A stretch of 64,000 bases of DNA. Source: an uncultured Thermoleophilia bacterium (GTDB lineage: Bacteria; Actinomycetota; Thermoleophilia; Gaiellales; Gaiellaceae). Of the stretch, positions 62,519-64,000 are shown one piece after another. Under the pieces are notes generated by a model. That model did no database searches and was not told the origin of the DNA. It saw only the letters and a program-made list of their open reading frames with translations. The stretch lies in contig CAVZER010000008.1 of the NCBI GenBank assembly GCA_963774355.1, forward strand, positions 28,930 to 92,929, read 5' to 3'. Numbering within the stretch: the stretch's first letter is position 1; every line of letters begins with the position of its first letter. Position numbers and translations under genes: made by a program.

Positions 62519-64000
62519 CGCGGTATCTCGACGCCGTACGTCTCGTGGGCCGCGTCCGCGGAAACGACTCCGTCGTGCACGTCGATCTCGACCAACTCCG
62601 GATTGCGGTCTTCTACCGGGCCGCAACCGCCGCCGCCGCCCGTCTCCGCGCGGATGACATCGCCCCGGGAGAGCGGCAGCGCGCTGACCTTCAGCAGCGT
62701 CCGTTCGTCCTTACGCCCCGGGTTGATCGTGATGCGCGGGGGCGCGCCAGCACCACCCCCGAAAATCCCCCAAGCCGGCGTCCGCGAACGCTCGAACCAT
62801 GCAGTCAAGACAGCCTGCTCTGCATCGAGCACATACTCGCGGACGATGCCGCAACCGCCCCGCCATTGGCCAACGCCCCCCGAATCCTGCCGGAAGCCGT
62901 AACGATTTATCCGCATTGGCACCTTGGTCTCGACGACCTCAATCGGGAAGTCCTTGACCTCGCTGTTAACGGCGTTGATCAGTCCACTCTCACCATCCGA
63001 TCCACTCCAGGCGCCCCAGCCGCCGACGTGCGCTTGCAGATCGACGAAGAACTGATTGGAGCGCGGGTCCGTGCCGGCAAAGATCGTGATGCACGAGTCC
63101 CCGTAGTGTGCTCCGGCCGCGCGCTCCGGCATGGCCGGCGCGAGAGCCTTCGTCACGAGGTCGATCAAGAGGCCGAGTGGCGTGAAGTACCACCAGCACG
63201 GTGACGGCTCCTGCGCTGCGAGCAGGCTGCCTTCGCGAACCTCCACCTCCAGCGGGGCGAAGGATCCACCGTTGACCGGTTGGTCCGGATTGATCATGCG
63301 CTTGAAGGCCAGCCGACAGCTGGCGATCGCCTGGGAGCGGCCACAGTTGACCGGGCCGGCCGCGGCATCACCTGACTCGGTGAGATCGATGAGCATCTGG
63401 TCTCCGTCGACCCTGATGCGCACTTTGACGGTGCAGGGCGTGTCGGTGAGACCGTCGCCGTCGAGCGATCCCTCGGCCTCGTATACGCCATCGGGAATCC
63501 GCTGTACCGCGGAGCGGTCGAGTTGTTCGGTCTGCTTGAAGATCGCCTCTCGCGCTGCGGCAACAGTTTCACGACCGTAACGTCTGAGCAGCTCGGCATA
63601 GCGCCGCTCCGCGATCGTGCCCACGGAGAGTTGGGCCTTGAGGTCGCCGACGAGCTGATTGGGCAGCCGGGAATTCAGTGCCATCAGTTGGACCACGTCT
63701 TCGCGAAGCCGGCCGCCCTCGACCAGGCGGATCGGCTCGAGCCGCAACCCTTCCTGGTAGATCTCCGTCGAGTCGGTCGTCCCACCGGGATCCTTCGCGC
63801 CGATGTCCATGTGGTGTGCTCGCGAGGCCGCGAATCCGACGAGGTCGTCGTCGACGAAGATCGGCGCGACGACGGTGACGTCGTTCAAGTGTGTGCCCCC
63901 GATATACGAGTCGTTCATCACCCAGGCGTCGCCCGGCTGCCACGCGTTGCGCCCGAAACGCTCCTCGGTGTAGGCGACGCAGGCCTCGAGATTGCCAAGG
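62515..64000 (-). CDS. hydantoinase B / oxoprolinase family protein, 5' end outside the window
   Basis: MNDSYIGGTHLNDVTVVAPIF...GDSCITIFAG...GGGGCGP. The frame stays open to position 64000. Confidence 0.85.
   Translation of the reverse strand, partial: LGNLEACVAYTEERFGRNAWQPGDAWVMNDSYIGGTHLNDVTVVAPIFVDDDLVGFAASRAHHMDIGAKDPGGTTDSTEIYQEGLRLEPIRLVEGGRLREDVVQLMALNSRLPNQLVGDLKAQLSVGTIAERRYAELLRRYGRETVAAAREAIFKQTEQLDRSAVQRIPDGVYEAEGSLDGDGLTDTPCTVKVRIRVDGDQMLIDLTESGDAAAGPVNCGRSQAIASCRLAFKRMINPDQPVNGGSFAPLEVEVREGSLLAAQEPSPCWWYFTPLGLLIDLVTKALAPAMPERAAGAHYGDSCITIFAGTDPRSNQFFVDLQAHVGGWGAWSGSDGESGLINAVNSEVKDFPIEVVETKVPMRINRYGFRQDSGGVGQWRGGCGIVREYVLDAEQAVLTAWFERSRTPAWGIFGGGAGAPPRITINPGRKDERTLLKVSALPLSRGDVIRAETGGGGGCGPVEDRNPELVEIDVHDGVVSADAAHETYGVEIPR

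Overview
About 70% GC, gene-dense chromosomal window with an actinobacterial look: GTG/TTG starts, 4-nt start/stop overlaps, probable leaderless starts, and Holin-X/DUF3618 and DUF2332 families. This taxonomic call is inference only.

Gene content, left to right:
- A pca-like aromatic-degradation edge: pcaB-like lyase, CoA-transferase B and an IclR regulator.
- myo-Inositol catabolism genes iolC, iolB and iolD.
- lpd, plus a separate E1alpha/E1beta/E2 2-oxoacid dehydrogenase operon.
- An amidase.
- pheST, then thrS-infC-rpmI-rplT.
- An acyl-CoA dehydrogenase.
- An SGNH-MBOAT-SGNH O-acylation operon.
- An MFS-MarR fusion.
- GntR plus isocitrate lyase.
- A class III adenylate cyclase.
- A divergent ICMT / Ste24-like M48 pair.
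- A Ser/Thr kinase.
- An ABC-2 exporter.
- A lower-GC right-hand region (about 55.2-61.2 kb) rich in secreted BNR and collagen-like proteins.
- An amidohydrolase and a hydantoinase B gene at the right edge.

No rRNA, tRNA, CRISPR array, transposase or integrase could be supported.

Most interesting signals:
1. Two paralogous ~125-nt units (29084-29208 and 34942-35068). Each has the same promoter-like box and ends in a hairpin plus U-run. Stem changes between the copies are compatible with base pairing, so this is a candidate unclassified structured sRNA or leader family.
2. A dispersed 28-nt perfect palindrome, GGTGCCTGGCACC-NN-GGTGCCAGGCACC, with five full copies and one half copy. Two copies lie inside the E2 linker, where they are translated as VPGTxVPGT.
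3. Three 5-codon UUG-initiated mini-ORFs spaced exactly 14 nt apart. Each ends in a UGA that overlaps the next UUG, and the last one leads into the UUG start of infC.

Data quality: at least seven otherwise intact genes carry single-base frame breaks (six +1, one -1). Those I could localise lie in short G/C runs. This argues for consensus indel errors rather than biology. Everything is based on reading the sequence and the ORF track; no database searches were run.
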